From Callorhinchus milii (taxonomy: Eukaryota), in contig NW_024704782.1 of NCBI RefSeq assembly GCF_018977255.1, forward strand, positions 496,001-560,000: a DNA stretch of 64,000 nucleotides, written 5' to 3'. The translations under genes and the position numbers were made by a program. Below the pieces are notes generated by a model that did not search any database, had not been told where the DNA came from, and worked only from the letters and a program-made list of their open reading frames with translations. This document shows positions 24,801 through 36,820 of this stretch, one piece after another (position 1 is the stretch's first letter; every line of letters begins with the position of its first letter).

Positions 24801-26625
24801 ATTAATAATAATAATCCTTGCATTTGATATCACATGGGCCTTATCACATCGTTCAGACATCTCAAAGCCCTTCACAGGATAATAATAATAATAGTAATAA
24901 GCATTGCACTTGATAGAGCCTTATCACATCATTGAAACGTCTCAATGTGCTTCACAGAATATACTGTAAAGTGTAGTGACTGTGTGTTTCGTGGGTGAAA
25001 CATGGCAGAAACTCAATTGCGCACAGCAGCGTGCCACAAAACGAGATGTAGAGCGAGTGAGCAATTATTATTATTATTATAATTTTTGTTTGGAGGGATT
25101 ATTACCCCCGGGAAAAGCGATCGCCAACCGAATAACAAGCGGGTTCCTAGTTACTGCTTAGTAGAGGCGTGTGTAGACTAAGGAAACTTGTCTGAGGTTT
25201 CGCCCTGATCTGACCTGACCCGGGTCCTCACTCCCCGTCTGTGCCCTGTTCAGGGGGTGGTTAAAGATCTCCACGGCGCTGTCAGAAAAAGAGAAGGGAA
25301 GTTTCAGGAGAAATATTTACAGAAAATTATCTTTCAACGCTTGTCCCCGAAACTCTGGAAATCCCAGCCCTACTCGCCCCCTTTGCCCACCTTCAGATCT
25401 TCCTCTTCGTCCGTGCCATTCCCCCGCGTCAGGCTCCGACACTGTTAAGCACTCCGTGACACTGTCCCATGTGAAGGACGCTGTGTAAACGCAGTTGTCG
25501 TTGTTGTTGAATCGCTAAACCTTTCCCCCCTGGCAGCGGGAGAAGTTACCTGTTTCAGCCCGAGTTGTGGGGTCGCTGTGTGGAGCCCAGAGATGTGGTG
25601 CTGTTTAATACCACGCTGTTCCTGACGCTGTCCTGCCTCAGCTCCCTGCAGTTCTTACTCTGCCTCATCCAGATGGTCAACGGGCTGTGCGGCTGTGTGT
25701 GCGGCACATGTCGCCAATCCAGGAACGTGGTACGTCTCACACACACAGACACGCCAACACACGGCAACACACCCACACTCCAAAACACACACACACACAC
25801 AGACATGCCAACACACAGTCATGCCAACACACACACACACACACAAGGACACACAGACATGCCGACACACAGTCATGCCAACACACACACACACACACAA
25901 GGACACACAGACACGCCAACACGCAGTCATGCCAACACACACCACAGACACATGCCAACACACAGACACGCCAACACACACGGGGACACACAGAAATGCC
26001 GACACACAGTCATGCCAACACACACACACGAGGACACGCAGACACGCCAACACACAGTCATGCCAACACACGCGCGCTGACACATGCCAACACACAGACA
26101 CTCCAACACACAGACGCACAGACATATCAACACAGACACACCAACACAGAGAAACATCAACACACGTGCGTGCCAACACACACATGCCAACACCCGGACA
26201 CGCCAATACACCGGCATGCCAACACACAGACAAATATGATGATGTGTTGACACGGATTAATACACCTCAGGATTTGTCCACAATTTTTCCATAATTCCTC
26301 AACTTGTTATACTCCGTGGGCGGAGACAGTCTGAATTTGAGGGGTTTGTGGGCGGAGCTCTCCTGAGGGGTTTGTGGGCGGGGCTATACAGGGGTGTGTG
26401 GGCGGGGCTACACGCGGGATTGTGGGTGGGACTATACTGGGGGGGGCTGTGGGCGGGGCTATACTGGGGCTTGTGGGCGGGGCTATACTGGGGCTTGTGG
26501 GCGGGGCTATACTGGGGGTTGTGGGCGGGGCTATACAGGGGGTTGTGGGCGGGGCTATACTGGGGGTTGTGGGCGGGGCTATATTGATGATTTCCTCTGG
26601 TTTTTGCCCACAGATCGTGGCCTAA
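18873..26625 (+). CDS. TM4SF/L6-family four-TM protein, copy A (TM4SF5/fish tm4sf21-like), 5 exons, 199 aa
   Basis: Exons 18873-19052, 23191-23256, 24526-24674, 25537-25729, 26614-26625, all GT-AG and in frame. Motifs MCTGKCSK, CIIANLFLFFPN, MGGILGSG, CCNNRCG, GSGYC, GLVKGPTC, YLFQPELWGRCVEP, IQMVNGLCGCVCGTC. The last mini-exon (IVA*) is less certain. Confidence 0.9.
19348..20690 (-). mobile_element. CR1-clade LINE 3' portion (RT C-terminus and tail) in TM4SF-A intron 1
   Basis: MVPGMRDLSYEERLAKLGLFSREQRRLRGDLIEVFK..TRGH peptide; CTATGATTCTATG-type tail. Confidence 0.85.
22080..22440 (+). mobile_element. Unclassified interspersed repeat, copy 2
   Basis: Highly similar to 4925-5290. Confidence 0.75.
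23688..23885. repeat. 30-bp minisatellite (CCCAACTAGCCCCAATCCCCCACTCGTACC)
   Basis: About six tandem units. Confidence 0.9.
24008..24370 (-). mobile_element. tRNA-derived SINE, full length
   Basis: Reverse complement of head, body and tail of the dominant family. Confidence 0.85.
25738..26235. repeat. CA-rich minisatellite (ACACAGTCATGCCAACAC) in TM4SF-A intron 4
   Basis: Degenerate tandem units. Confidence 0.85.
26345..26585. repeat. 24-bp GC-box minisatellite (TGTGGGCGGGGCTATACTGGGGGT)
   Basis: About ten units ending roughly 30 bp before the last TM4SF-A acceptor. Confidence 0.9.
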
Positions 26626-27714
26626 AGACGTCACAAAAGCGCTCTGAGACGCCGTCCGGTGTGAAGGGCGCTGTAGAAACGCGAGTTGTTGTTGTTGTTG
26701 GGGGTTAGTGTGCGAATGTGATAACATCTCCCGCATTTATCACAACAACCAACCAGAGATCATCATCACATCACCCCACAACCAGGCGTGTGACACCAAT
26801 GGGGATAATTATCACATCATCTCATCATAATAATATTATTGGGGATAATTATTACATCACATCATCATAATATCACTGGGAGTAATTATCATATTGACCA
26901 ATCATGTGGTCACTGACTGCCTTTGATCTGGGGTGAAGGTCCACCCCTCCTCCTCCGAGAGATATGATTTTTCGGGACATATCTGAGCTCCGTGACGATT
27001 ATCACAGGTATTAATGTCACAAGCCCACAGTTTCTCTGCACTTTCTGTTCAACACCAGATAGCACAGACCTCGAGACCATCAGGAATTTGGGTGAGGAAG
27101 TCTCCAGAATCTCCTCTTCCCCCCCCACCCAGACCTCAGTGAACACAAGTGATGGGATGGACAAGGAGACGGTGACCTCCCCCTCCCCCCAGGGATTACC
27201 TCACACCCCCACCCTTTGGAAGAGCTATCCAAGGAGTTCCCCCCCTCCACTGCTTTTCACCCATGTTTCCACCTCCCATTTAGGCACTGTATTCCAGACT
27301 GTAACAACTCTCCATGTAAAAAAATGTCTCCTCGTCTCCCCACTGGTTCTTTTGACAATTACCTCGAAGCTGTGACTTCATGTATTAACTTATTAAAGTT
27401 CACACAAACTTGGTTTTCTGCCTCGTGTTTCCAGCTTTGTATATCCTGTCAGATTGGTGGTGGGGAAGTGTGTGTGTTTGTTAAACGGAGTGACTATCCT
27501 CTGTGTGGGGAGAGGCTCAGCTGAAGACCTTTCGTTTCAACCGCGCCTTTGGTCACCTTCCTCCCCCTGGCTCGGCCCCAGGATCTGTTACTGTAAGCGC
27601 TCTGAGACGCCGTCCAGCATGGAGGGCGCTATATAAATCCAAGTTGTTGTTGATGTAAGCAGGGTCTCAACTGGCTCCAAGGTGGCAACAGAATGTCACA
27701 ATTGACCCCCCATG

Positions 27715-28130
27715 ACTGTCTCTAGTCCCCGGTTCCTGAGCCAGGAGGGGCCGCAGTCCAGGGCACTCACTGATGATGGCAGCCCAGCCCGGCCCGTCGG
27801 CAGCACTGGAAGGGCCAACCAGTCACTGGGGGCAGGGAATCCTCCCCCTCAGCTTCTGTTAACCCCACAGCCAAAGCCCTAACTAACTAACTAGCTAGCT
27901 AGCTAACTAACTAACTAACGGGGAGGGGGGTCCTCGCTGGACAAGCAGCGGGAAAGCTTGGCCAGACAGCGCTCGCTCTCTCTCAATGGCCAAGCTAGGT
28001 GTGGTTTTAGCTGGTTAGACTCCAGCAGTTACCCCCAATGCACACGGTGGGGTTCCCCCCAAAGCGTTGGCTCAAGCCAATCAAGGCCTAATACTTTCTC
28101 GGATTAGGCAAACTTGATGTGTCCCTCTAA
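27715..28130 (+). mobile_element. Unclassified interspersed repeat, copy 3 (expanded CTAA/CTAG tract)
   Basis: Similar to 4925-5290 and 22080-22440. Confidence 0.75.
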
Positions 28131-28399
28131 GGGAGAGAGAGAGAGAGAGTGAATGTGCATTCTGTTCCAACAATCTATCTCTGGGATTTCCAGGTTTAGG
28201 TGAGATGCATGAATTTTCAGTTTGGTTTGGAGACTCTTAAGCAACAGTGATGGTCCGCATGTGCCAGACACTCGGCTGAGCAAAAAATGATAGGGGTCAG
28301 TATTGAGGGGTTGCAAAATACAGTCACTGCACTTTACAGTAAATACAATTCACGTTTACACAGTACAACACCTCACACACACTCACAGACCTACACAAA

Positions 28400-29045
28400 C
28401 CTGGGCTGGAACCTGTTGAGTGGAGGCAATGGGCTGTGGGTTCGGGAGTGAGTAGGTTGGAGAGGTGGGGAGGGATTTGTAGATGAGTGAAAGGATCTTA
28501 AAATCGATCCATTCAGTGATAGGGAGGCAGGGGAGCCTGGCAAGGACTGGGGTGATGGGGGGCGGAGTTTAGTGTGGGTGAGTATGTGGGCTACGGAGTT
28601 CTGGATTAACTGGATTTTGTGGATAGTGGAGTTAGGATGGTGATTTGAGGTGCATTTGGGATAAAGTAGTCAGAGGCGGGCAATGTGGCAGAGGTGGAAG
28701 AAGGCGGTCCTGGTCAGGGAATGGATGCGGAGAAGGATAGTTGTGGATCGAACCTGACGCTTAGGTTGTGCACAGGTTCGGTGAGTCTGAGGGATAGGCC
28801 GGGGAGGTCAGAGCCACAGGATAGAAGACGTTGACGAGAGCCAAGGAGTGTGGCTTCCATTTTGTCGACATTTAGTTGCAAGAAGTCTTCGCTGATACAG
28901 GCCCCGATATCCGCCAGACAAGTCGAGAGAACGTCATTGGGCTTGTGCCTGGATTCACAACTGGAGTAGATTTGTGCGTCATTCGCACACACGTGGAAGT
29001 TTACTCCATGTCTGCAGATGGCATCACCAAGAGGGAGCAACATTA
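28400..29045 (-). mobile_element. L2 LINE RT fragment
   Basis: LPLGDAICRHGVNFHVCANDAQIY (degenerate YADD), FLQLNVDKME, HNLSVRFDPQLSF. Confidence 0.8.
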
Positions 29046-29824
29046 CCACAACCCCCTCACACACACACACACCGGGTCAGCCTGAACTGTGAGCTCAAAG
29101 TTACCAAAGTGGGGCTGTTTTGTGATCACCGGGGTGTCTAATAAATCAGACAAAGCCATTAATGTGCAGTCCTTTCTTCAGATGAGACTCGCTCCCCATC
29201 TGTTCAAGCAGGCGTTAAAAGATCTCCCGCAGAGCTGTCGGGAAAAGAAAACAAAGTTTTTCCTTCTCCCAATGTCCTGGATGACAATCCCCTAGATACA
29301 ATCACTCGCTTGCTTCATGGCTTTGTCTGAGACCTCACTGTGTGCAAATTGCTGCCGCTTTTGCCCACAAAATACACAACAAATGACATTTACACAGAGC
29401 CTTTCACGTCGGGAGGACAGCCCAAGGCCCTGGACAGTCAGGGATTTGGACCCGAGGTTGAGATCTGGGGTAGGGGGGATGAGGGGGTATGGTAGCCAAA
29501 TGCACAGTCGAAGAGGAGGGTCTTGAGACGTGTTTGGAAGGCGGCAAGGCAGAAAAAAAAACTAAACTGGATAATGATCCCTATGAAGTATTTCGATATA
29601 GGCTTTTATCACAGGCAGATTGTTTTGTTATTTCAGGAAGTCCTTAGTACAGCCTCAAGATCACATCAACAGTCATAAGACACAGGCATCTGACGTGCAC
29701 GGAAACCTATCACCGTGATCAGCCGGGTATCTGAGATAGATGTGCATGGGTGGGGAGGGAGATGAGGGTGGTGTCAGCCTTTGCCCTGTATTTCAGATTT
29801 CTGTGTATCATTGCGAGCGCTGTG

Positions 29825-29842
29825 TATAAAAGACAAAGGTCA
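29825..29842 (+). promoter_or_regulatory. Candidate TATA box and adjacent DR1/HNF4-like site upstream of TM4SF-B
   Basis: TATAAAAGACAAAGGTCA about 220 bp before the ATG at 30048. Confidence 0.4.
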
Positions 29843-30047
29843 GTGTATGGCTCAATATACGGCTGGGCGGGGCTGTGTGTGCAGTCACAGCGCATCTCTC
29901 CTGAGTCTATATACTGCATCTGTGTGCATCTCTCTGTGTCATTCCTTCCGTGTGTCTCTCTGGTGCTGTCTTGTCTCTCTGGGGTCTGTTCAGTGAGCGG
30001 GTGTGTCACTCTGTGTGTGTCACTGGGAGAGTGACAGACTTGGAGCC

Positions 30048-33000
30048 ATGTGCACCGGGAAATGCTCTAAGTGTATAGGGGTGACCCTCTTCCCCCTCGT
30101 CCTCCTCTGTGCCCTTGCAAACTTCATGCTGCTCTTCCCGGACTTCAGTTTGGAGTACCTGACCGCTGAGCATATCACCCCTGAGATCCTCTACCTCGGG
30201 GGCATCATCGGGGGTGGCGGACTGGTAAGATTCCCTTCCTCATTTACACCCGTCGTCTATCTGTCCGTCAAATACAAATCGACACTTACTCAGCAGCTGC
30301 CTTTCATGTCGGGAGGACGACCATAGTTGTTGGACAGTCAAGGATTTGGACCTGAGCTGGAAGTTTGTATCAGGAGGGGTAGAGGGCGGGGGGTAGGAAG
30401 GTAACCGAAGGCACGGTCGAAGAGGAGGGTCTTGAGACGTGTCTTGAAGAAGGCGAGGGAGGGGACTGAGGAATAGAGTTCCAAAGGGTGGGGGGGGGAG
30501 AGAGGCTGAAGGCCTGACCGTCAACTAATATTCGTCTGCCTATCCACCTGTCCGTACATATGACCATCTGTATGTCTCAGTGTGAATATCCACTGTGTTC
30601 ATTATCACGGAGTGACATCTCTGCGCTGTAAAGCCCGAGGAGTGTGTGTTATGGGTGAAGGTGGCAGCCAGTTTACCACAGTGAGGCTGTATCTTATAAA
30701 GGAGCGAGGCCTGTGGGTTAGAGGGGAGCACGGAGGGAAGTGATGGCGGCTGTGAGAGCCGTGGACCAGAGCCGTCTGAGCTGAGCAGCGTGTTGACACT
30801 TCCCCTCTGTTCAGCTCAATCTCACAGCACTCCCAGTCGCAATTACACTGATAAACTGATAACCAGAAATAACTCTTTAGTATCCGTCAGCCACTCGCAC
30901 GCTCCAAACTGAAGTCCGGGCAGAGCAGCATGAAGTTTGTAATGGAGAAACTAATACATTGAATTGTTGAGAATTGGTAACTCTTGTCGGGAAATTTGCG
31001 ATGAACTTTTTAAAACAAGTCTGCTACACCCGGTTATTAATATTAAATCGATCGATTTTCAGGACGTTAAGGTTTAAATCCATCCCCCCTTTCAGACTGA
31101 CTTAACGACAGTGAATAGATAAGGCAGTAAGTAGTTAACACGTCGAGAGGGTTCCCCAAGGTATATGTGAGCACATTGACGGTGGCTGATAATCTGGGGG
31201 GGAAATGACTTTCTGTGAAAGTAACTGTATCTTCATAACCGATTTGGGATCACAGGGCAAATGAAAAAAAAGGACTCTCGTCTGACTGTGTTCAAACTCA
31301 GTTCATTACAGTCTGCTGTAAAAAAACAAGAGGGAAACCACAGCACTCCCAGACACTGCCCTGTGTGACAGGAGCTGAATAACAACTTGTATTTACACAG
31401 CGACCTCCATGCAGAGTAGCATCCCAGAGCTGGGGCAAGGGAATCCTCCCACTCAGCTCCTGTTACCCTGAAAGCAGAGTGATGGAGTAGGAAGTCGATG
31501 GGGAAGTGACTGTAGGCACGGTCGATGAGGAAAGACTTCAGTTGGGCCCTGAAAATGGGGAAGGAGGGGGCAAGAGTTTCGGGGCGTAGTGGCTGAAGAC
31601 ACGGCCACCGATAATACTGTTGTTGAACATGTGAATGGCTGACACATACGTAAGAGGTATTTCTGGTTATCAGTTTATCAGTGTGATTGCGCTGTTTGTT
31701 AATATCAGGACATTTGTGGCCGCTGAGCTCACTGCGATGTCAGAGCCAAGTCATGTGTCACACACACCATCAGGGCAGAGTGAAGCCAGGCAAAGTCCTC
31801 GTTACACACGTATTTACACGGCGTCTTTCACATCGGGAGGACGTCCCAAGGCATTCGACAGTCAGGGATTTGGTCCCAAGCTGGGGGTTGTGATCAGGAT
31901 TGGTGTAGGGCAGGGAGGCGAGGGTAGAATGGTGGCCAAAGTAGCGGCCGAAGAGGAGGGACTTTAGATGTGCCTGAAGGAGGCAAGGGGTTGAGGCAAA
32001 TAGACTGTGGGGTGGACTTCCAGAGGGTGGGAGCAGAGAGGCTGAAGGCCCAACCACCGATGGTGTGGAGCAGTCCGCAACCCGCTGGGCAGGTTGATAT
32101 GGAGTTCGCAAGTCACAGACTCCTGCAGTTACCCCAACACATACTCTGGGCTCCTCAAGCCTTGACTCTTGCCAACCAGGGCCTAATACTTTCCGGAATT
32201 AGGTAAACTGGGTGTGACTCTCCAGGGAGAGAAATAATCTGTCTGATTTGGAGATTCTAAGCACGGTGATGGGTTTCCGTGTGTGTCAGACACCCTTCTG
32301 GTCACGGTGACGGGTTTCCGTGTGTTTCAGACACCTGGCTGGTCACGGTGACAGGTTTCCGTGTGTTTCAGACACCCGGCTGGTCACGGTGACGGGTTTC
32401 CGTGTGTTTCAGACACCTGGCTGGTCACGGTGACGCGTTTCTGTGTGTGTCAGACACCCGGCTGGTCACGGGGGAGTTTGCGGGGAGGGTCTTGGTCGCT
32501 CACTAACCTGCTGTTCTGTGCTCAGGTCCTGATCCCCGCTCTGCACATCTTTGCCACCCGTTCAGACGCATGTTGCAGCAACCGGTGTGGGGTACGTGTT
32601 TGCTCTCTTTCCATCACCATCACCATCACCCCATCCTCCATCACCATCACTCCATCTTCCATCACTATCTCTCCATCTCTCTACCACCCATCTTTTCATC
32701 CATCAGGCTCTTGCAGGGTTAACAGTCGGCCCTTCCAGGAACTGACTCAGGAACCGGGACTAGAGATTCTGATATTCCGTTGCCAAACATGTCGCATTGG
32801 AGCCTATTCAGCCCTTAGAAGATCCCACTTACCTCCCCCCACTCCCGTGGAGTCCCTCTCACTGTCTGCTGTGTTGCTGTGTGAGGGTGTGTGACGCTGT
32901 GTGTGACGCTGTGTGTGTATGTGATGCTGTGTGTGTGGGTGGACGCGGTGTATGTGGACACTGTGTGTGTGCGTGGACGCTGTGTGTGTCTGTCGATGCT

Positions 33001-34540
33001 GCGTGTGTGTGAATGCTGTGTGTGTGTTGACACTGTGTGAGTGTGTGGACGCTGTGTGGGGGCACGCTGTGTTTGTGGGGGGACACTGTGTATGTGTGTC
33101 GATGCTGTATGTGTGGGGACACTGTGCGTGTGGGGATGCTGTGTGTTCGGGGGACGTTGTGTGTGAGGACAGTGTGTGGGGATACTGTGTGTGTGTGGGG
33201 ACACTGTATGTGTGTATGGACACTGTGTGTGGGGACGCGCTGTGTGTGTGTAGGGACGCTGTGTGTGTGGGGACACTGTGTGTGTGTAGGGACGTTGTGT
33301 GTGTGTGTGTGTAGGGACGCTGTGTGTGTGTAGGGACGCTGTGTGTGTGGGGACGCTGTGTGTGTGGACGCTGTGTGTGTGGACCCCGTGTGTGTGTGGA
33401 CCCTGTGTGAATGTGTGCGGACGCTGTTTATGTGTGTCGATGCTGTGTGTGTGCGCGGATGCTGAGTGTGCGCGGATGCTGTGTATGTACGCACGGATGC
33501 TGTGTGTGTGCGCTGTGTTAGACGCTGTCTCTCTCTGTATACAGATGTTGCTGTCGCTGGTCTTTGCTGTGGTGGGGATTGCGGGCTCCTCTTACTGTCT
33601 CATCTGCTCGGTGCTTGGTGTGGTGAACGGGCCCTACTGTCTCCATGAAACTGACAACGGCACTGAATGGGGCCGTGCCTTCCAGGTCGACATCACCAAA
33701 CTCAACATCACCAACTTAAAGTACGTTCATGCCTGGCACCGAGCCTGGCACTATTCTCAGGTTGGGACTGTGGGGGAAATAACAATTTGCATTTAAATAG
33801 CGCCCTTCACACAGAGTAGCGTTTGGCTCAGTGTCTCACTCTCGCTCTCGAGTCAGGAGATTGTTAGTTTGAGCCCCGCAGCAGTTGGGGGAGAGAGAGA
33901 GAGAGATGTGTGGTGTCAGAGATGTTAAACCCTCACTCACTTTCCGTCTGGGCCCCGTTCAGGGCGGACGTTAAAGATCTCCCGCAGCGCAGTCAGGGGG
34001 AAAGGAGAAGAGAGTTTCTCTCTCTCTCTCTTTCTCTCTCTGTGTGACCTGGCTGACAATCCCCCAGATACAATTGGTGACACACTTCGAAGAGAAAGGT
34101 TTTCAGATGTGACCTGAATAAGGGGGCAAGGCGGAGGAAGGGATTGGGGGGAGTGTTCCAGAGTTTCAGGGCGTAGTGGCTGAAATCGCGGCCACCAATG
34201 GTGGAACGGAGGCCACGAGGGACTGACTAGCAGGAGGCCGGAGTCGGTCGAGGAGAGGCAGCGGGTTGTGCGTTAGGGAGTCAGCAGGTGGGAGAGGGAG
34301 GGAGGTGTCGGGGTGAGGAGGGGTTTAAAGAGGAGTGTAACGTGATTGATTGCTCGCAGGGACACTCACTACCTGCTCAACTACACGCGATGGGACGAAT
34401 GTTTGGAGCCTCCTGATGTCGTTGTCTTCAATTTGGTGCTCTTCAACTGTCAGATCCTCTTCAGCTTCATCCAGTTGATCCTCTGCATCTGCCAACTCAT
34501 CAACGGGTTCTTTGGGACTCTGTGTGGCACCTGTAAATAG
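30048..34540 (+). CDS. TM4SF/L6-family four-TM protein, copy B, 4 exons, 199 aa
   Basis: Exons 30048-30224, 32526-32591, 33545-33720, 34360-34540 with the same intron phases as copy A. Motifs MCTGKCSKCIG, LGGIIGGG, CCSNRCG, GSSYC, GVVNGPYC, WDECLEP, QLINGFFGTLCGTCK*. Confidence 0.92.
32262..32472. repeat. 39-bp tandem repeat (GGTCACGGTGACGGGTTTCCGTGTGTTTCAGACACCTGGCT-like)
   Basis: About five units; single copies of the motif at about 22560, 28245, 29700 (reverse), 38258-38335 and 44495. Confidence 0.85.
32878..33530. repeat. GACGCTGTGTGTGTG minisatellite in TM4SF-B intron 2
   Basis: Degenerate tandem units. Confidence 0.85.
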
Positions 34541-34564
34541 CCTCTAATTTTCTCTCTCGCTCTC

Positions 34565-35275
34565 CCACCACAACCCTCCTTCCCCGGTCCTCTCACACTC
34601 ACTCTGTCTCCCCCGCTACACCCCTCTCCCCCCATCTCTCATACTCACTCTGTCTCCCCCACTCGCATCCCTCTCTCTCCATCTCTCATACTCACTCTCT
34701 CTGTCTCCCCACTACACCCATCTCCCCGTCTCTCATACTCACTCTCTCTGTCTCCCCACTACACCCCTCTCCCCCCGTCTCTCATACTCACTCTGTCTCC
34801 CCCATCCGCATCCCTCTCTCCCCATCTCTCACACTCACTCTCTGTCTCCCGTACACACACCTCTCTCCCTCCTGTCTCCCACGCAACACCCCCTTCTTCC
34901 CCGTCACTGTCACACTCACTCTATATCTGTCTCTCTCACATTCACTCTCTCAGTGACTGTTCTTTCTACCTATTCATGATTCTGTGTGAGCAAGTGAGTG
35001 TGTGAGCGATTGTGTGAGCGAGAGTATGTGCGTGAGCAAGCATGTGTGAGCTAGTTTGTGAGCGAGCGTGTGTGAGCAAGAATATGTGTGAGCGAGTGTG
35101 TGTAAGCAAGGGTGTATGTGTGAGCAAGTGAGTGTGTGTGAGCGCGTGTGTATGTGTGAGCGAGTGAGTGTGTGTGAGCGAGTGTGTGTGAGCGAGGGTG
35201 TGTGAGCGAGGGTGTATGTGTGAGTGAGCGAGTGAGTGTGTGTGAGCGAGTGAGTGTGTGTGAGCGAGTGTGTGC
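34565..35275. repeat. CT-rich and TGTGAGCGAG minisatellites behind TM4SF-B
   Basis: Two adjacent low-complexity tandem arrays. Confidence 0.8.
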
Positions 35276-35953
35276 CTCCCCAACGCCTCCCTCCACACAG
35301 CATATGCTCTTTTGTGAATCTATCATTTACATAATAATAATCATAATAAACTTTGCATTTGATATCGTGCCTTATCACGTATTTGGGGATTTGGGGTTCA
35401 GGGCTTGGAGTGAGGGATGGGGCTCAGGGGACAGGGTTTGTGGTTTAGGGTCGGGGCAGGGCTTGGGTTCGGAGTGGGGTGGCGAGGTTTCGCTCTAGGG
35501 GCAGACTTTTGGGTGGGATACGGGTGGGGTTTGGGGGTGGATTTTGAGCTTAGGGGGGGGATTTCTTTTGTTTGTTGTTGACTGTGGGGTGAGGCTGGGG
35601 GTGGAGTTTGGGGTGGCGAGGTTTTGGTCGAGGGGCAGGGGTTAGGGGAGGGTTCTGGGCGTGGTTTGGGGGGGGCGCTTGGGGTTGGCTTTGAGGTTGG
35701 GGCAGAGTTTGGGGTGGGGTTGGGGGCAGAGTTTGGGGTGGGTGGGGGGTTGGGGTGGGTTAGGGGAAGCTTCCCCGCCCCCCCGCCCCCTCGCTCAGGC
35801 CCATTCGCTGACACTGCTGATATCACAATGAGCATCAGCCTGGGCTGAGGTTGCCAGGGGCTACAGGGGCCCAGTGCGGGTGGGCCGGGCCGGGCAATGA
35901 GGCTCTGACATGAGTGTTTGTGGAGGGGAGCAGGAGGCTGGCATGTCAGCAGG

Positions 35954-35969
35954 ATGATTGACTCAGAGG
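35954..35969 (+). CDS. Candidate first coding exon (MIDSE, phase 1) of the TMEM272-like locus
   Basis: ATG ATT GAC TCA GAG G followed by consensus donor GTGAGT; phase fits both downstream 51-nt exons. No homology support. Confidence 0.35.
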
Positions 35970-35989
35970 GTGAGTGACCATGGGCTGCT

Positions 35990-36820
35990 CATCCTCAACC
36001 CCCACCACCACCACCCCCACCACCATCACCACCTTCACCCCCACCACTATCAACCCCACCACCATCACCACCACCATCAATCCCACCACCATCACCCCCA
36101 TCCCCACCATCACCCCCATCCCCACCATCACCCCCACCACCACCATCATCACCCCCATCACCTCCACCACCCCCATCCCCACCATCACCCCCATCCCCAC
36201 CATCACCACCTTCACCGCCACCACTATCAACCCTACCACCATCACCACCACTGCCATCACCCCCACCACCACCACCTCCGCCATCATCCCCACCACGACT
36301 ACCATCACCCCCACCACCACCACCATCACCCCCACTACCACCACCCCCACCGCCATAACCCCCACCATCATCNNNNNNNNNNNNNNNNNNNNNNNNNNNN
36401 NNNNNNNNNNNNNNNNNNNNNNNNNNNNNNNNNNNNNNNNNNNNNNNNNNNNNNNNNNNNNNNNNNNNNNNNNNNNNNNNNNNNNNNNNNNNNNNNNNNN
36501 NNNNNNNNNNNNNNNCATCATCCCCACTACCATCACCCCCACCACCATCACCACCACTGCCATCACCCCACCACCACCACCTCCGCCATCATTCCCACCA
36601 CGACCACCATCACCCCCACCACCATCACCCCCACTACCACCACCCCCACCACCACCGCCATAACCCCCACCACCATCACCCCCACCACCACCATCCCCCC
36701 ACCACCACCATCATCACCCCCATCACCACCGCCATCACCCCCACTACCACCACTATCACCACCACTGCCATCACCCCCACCACCACTGCCGCCACCACCC
36801 CCACCACCACTGCCGCCATC
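35990..36820. repeat. (CAC/CAT)n trinucleotide-type repeat with assembly gaps
   Basis: Low-complexity ACC/ATC repeats interrupted and followed by N runs. Confidence 0.85.

Noticed and set aside
25565-26294. His/Thr and Cys/Val-rich ORFs here and at 7871-8268, 12494-13059, 32804-33494 and 34966-35378
   Set aside because: Translations of (CA)n/(TG)n-rich repeats.
32262-32472. Regularly spaced repeats superficially like a CRISPR array
   Set aside because: No unique spacers, eukaryotic intron context, no cas genes; a plain tandem repeat.
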